A stretch of 41,974 nucleotides of DNA from an uncultured Ruminococcus sp. Lineage in GTDB: Bacteria > Bacillota > Clostridia > Oscillospirales > CAG-272. The stretch is from NCBI GenBank assembly GCA_964596195.1, contig CAZQTN010000003.1, positions 1-41,974 on the forward strand, in the 5' to 3' direction. Positions 40,183-41,974 of the stretch are shown here, piece by piece. Position numbers and translations under genes: made by a program. Below the pieces are notes generated by a model that ran no database searches, was not told the DNA's origin, and saw only the letters and a program-made list of their open reading frames with translations. Each line of letters begins with the position of its first letter. Position 1 is the stretch's first letter.

Positions 40183-41974
40183 TCAAAAATCGTAACCGCT
40201 CTCAAGGTCAAACTCCTCGCCGTTCATAAGCGAGATAAAGTTGTTTACGATCTTCTTAAAGCCGTAGGTCGAGATGTAGAAATCCGATACAGCAGAGGAC
40301 TGAAGCATACTGCCGTTTCCGTCCTCCTCGTACAGGCGTACTACTACTCGGCGGTCAGCGGTGCGGTAAAACTCATAGGTGTAATAATTCTCGTCCTGGT
40401 CGTCGCCGTCCTTGTCGGTATCGATCTTGATCGAGAACTTCATCAGCATCTTGCACTCCTCGACTGCAAAATCCTGCTCTGCCTTATCAACGGAGTCCTC
40501 AAAGTCGACGTAGAACATCGAGAGAATGAACTCCTTGAAGTAGGTGGTACCGAGCGAATCGGGGAAATACGCGGTAAGCGCGTCGTCGCTCTCGGCGGTG
40601 TACTCATAGAGCTCGTCGAAGGAATAATAGTTCCTGCCGTTTTTCTCTATAAGCTGAGTGAGCAGATTGGGTGTGCACTCCCCTGTGGGAGTAACGTTTA
40701 CCTTTATGCGGTCAAAGGTGTCGGAGTAGCTTTCGGGGGGCTTGCCGCCGACCTGCAGGCCGGTAGAGGTGATATACGAGAGCTGATGTATTATATCGAG
40801 CTCGTAGCTGCCAACCAGGTCGTCGAGTGCGAGTTCTATCTTTATCTCTTGCATAAACTCAACGTCGGTCATAAGCATATTTCTTCTCGCCCAAAGATCA
40901 ACGAAGGTATCATCGAGGAAGAAGAAGGTCTCGGCGTCAGCCTTTACGATAACGTCGTAGAGGTCGGAGGCAACTATTCTCGTGCCGTCGTCCTGAACGT
41001 CGCTGATATAGAGGGTAAAGCCAAGCTTTTCGTAGTAGGTGTAATCGTCAAGGGTCTCGTCATCGCCGCTGTCGATGGCAACGAGATTTCTCGGCAGCTC
41101 AAAATAGATCCTGTGCTCGTAAAGGCCGAGGTCGTAGAGCTTTTCGGGAGTTATGCCGACGGATACGATCTCGGAGCCTGAGAGGCCTGAAGAGCTCGAT
41201 GCGTTGTCGGTAACACCGCCGAGAAGCTGAAGTATGTGATAGCATACGTTGTAGTTAAGACCGTAGAGCAGGTAGTCGTCGGTCTTGTTCTCGTAGATAG
41301 AGTCGCCGTAGAAGGGATCACGCTCGGAATACGAGAGGAAGGAGAAGGAAACTATCTCCTTTTTGGTGACGAAATACTTGATCCGGCTGATCTGATAGGT
41401 GCTGAAGGCGCTGAACGCCTCGAAATACTGCGAATCAAGGTCGAGAGTAATGCTCACGAAGGACGCCGTCTTACCGATTATCATCGACTTGAGCGCCTCG
41501 TCAAAGGCGTCCTCGGTGTTTGCAAGATCTACGACACCGATGTGCTCCTCGTCGTCAAGGACTCCGTTTACGATCAGCTGGTAGCGGAAGGAAACGACCG
41601 AATCCTCGGCAACCGTTTTTACCGCCTTGCCGTCCTGATTCTCGATCTCGATGAGCTGAGTTATCTTTGCCTGATAGGTGACGCACTCGGCATTCTCGCG
41701 GTCGTAGCTTACGGTAAACTCAACGGGGGTGTCAAGCTTGCCGATAGAGAGGGCGCGCAAAGCACTTACCGCATCTGCGGGGAGTGACTTGGAGGTGAGG
41801 TCTATAACGGCGTGTGCGAGCATCGGGCCCTGAGATTTGCCGTTAACGGTGTAATAATACGCGACCTTGATAAGGTCGTTGTCGCCGACGGGGGTGCCCG
41901 CCTTGACTATATCGTCGCCGTTGCCTATTATCGACTCGATCTCGACTATCTCATAGGTGTACTTTACGGAATCC
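40183..41974 (-). CDS. Large hypothetical protein, 5'-truncated by the window edge. Possibly DUF4340-like (very tentative).
   Basis: The reading frame stays open from the listed Met (41823) to the last base of the window. I checked codon by codon and found no TTA/CTA/TCA in frame. More than 597 aa are visible. The protein is acidic and Tyr/Asp-rich, and I recognise no catalytic motif. Confidence 0.75.
   Translation of the reverse strand, partial: DSVKYTYEIVEIESIIGNGDDIVKAGTPVGDNDLIKVAYYYTVNGKSQGPMLAHAVIDLTSKSLPADAVSALRALSIGKLDTPVEFTVSYDRENAECVTYQAKITQLIEIENQDGKAVKTVAEDSVVSFRYQLIVNGVLDDEEHIGVVDLANTEDAFDEALKSMIIGKTASFVSITLDLDSQYFEAFSAFSTYQISRIKYFVTKKEIVSFSFLSYSERDPFYGDSIYENKTDDYLLYGLNYNVCYHILQLLGGVTDNASSSSGLSGSEIVSVGITPEKLYDLGLYEHRIYFELPRNLVAIDSGDDETLDDYTYYEKLGFTLYISDVQDDGTRIVASDLYDVIVKADAETFFFLDDTFVDLWARRNMLMTDVEFMQEIKIELALDDLVGSYELDIIHQLSYITSTGLQVGGKPPESYSDTFDRIKVNVTPTGECTPNLLTQLIEKNGRNYYSFDELYEYTAESDDALTAYFPDSLGTTYFKEFILSMFYVDFEDSVDKAEQDFAVEECKMLMKFSIKIDTDKDGDDQDENYYTYEFYRTADRRVVVRLYEEDGNGSMLQSSAVSDFYISTYGFKKIVNNFISLMNGEEFDLESGYDF

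Noticed and set aside
1-41974. Searched by eye for CRISPR arrays, tRNA/rRNA genes, transposases, integrases, and known defence or toxin-antitoxin modules.
   Set aside because: I saw no regularly spaced direct repeats with unique spacers, no cloverleaf-like or rRNA-like segments, and no DDE, tyrosine- or serine-recombinase motifs. The only repeats are the coding tandem repeats and the two hairpin elements reported above.

Overview
This 41,974-bp window is chromosomal sequence of Firmicutes/Clostridia type. The evidence for that is spoIIE, addA, GGAGG-type ribosome-binding sites and many TTGACA-17-TGnTAAAAT promoters. GC content is roughly mid-50s % by eye, except for a sharply AT-rich left edge (about 1-1230). 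I support 26 protein-coding genes.

Recognisable housekeeping or accessory genes:
- pfkA; a GHL6/GH42-like glycosidase plus a cupin isomerase-like gene under a divergent PocR-AraC regulator; a DUF4886/SGNH-like hydrolase.
- A Fur-family regulator translationally coupled to an ArsP_2-type metal transporter; a Gfo/Idh/MocA oxidoreductase; a beta-lactamase-fold serine hydrolase.
- A TrmH-family methyltransferase, pepF, a CPA2 antiporter, ansA, a GH29 fucosidase, a PAP2 phosphatase, spoIIE, truB, addA and rnhA.

No rRNA, tRNA, CRISPR array, transposase or integrase was seen.

Most unusual content:
1. A monocistronic 2,258-aa lipoprotein built from about 19 regular His-Cys3 mini-modules plus Tyr/Cys-rich supermodules.
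2. Two AT-rich ORFs at the left edge joined exactly at a dnaX-type A_AAA_AAG -1 slippery heptamer. They encode a possible toxin-immunity-like protein.
3. Two copies of a roughly 92-nt multi-hairpin intergenic repeat, plus a 500-nt gene-free repeat-laden region.
4. Two extracytoplasmic trigger-factor-like paralogues flanking rnhA.

All family assignments come from motif recognition by eye. No database search was run.
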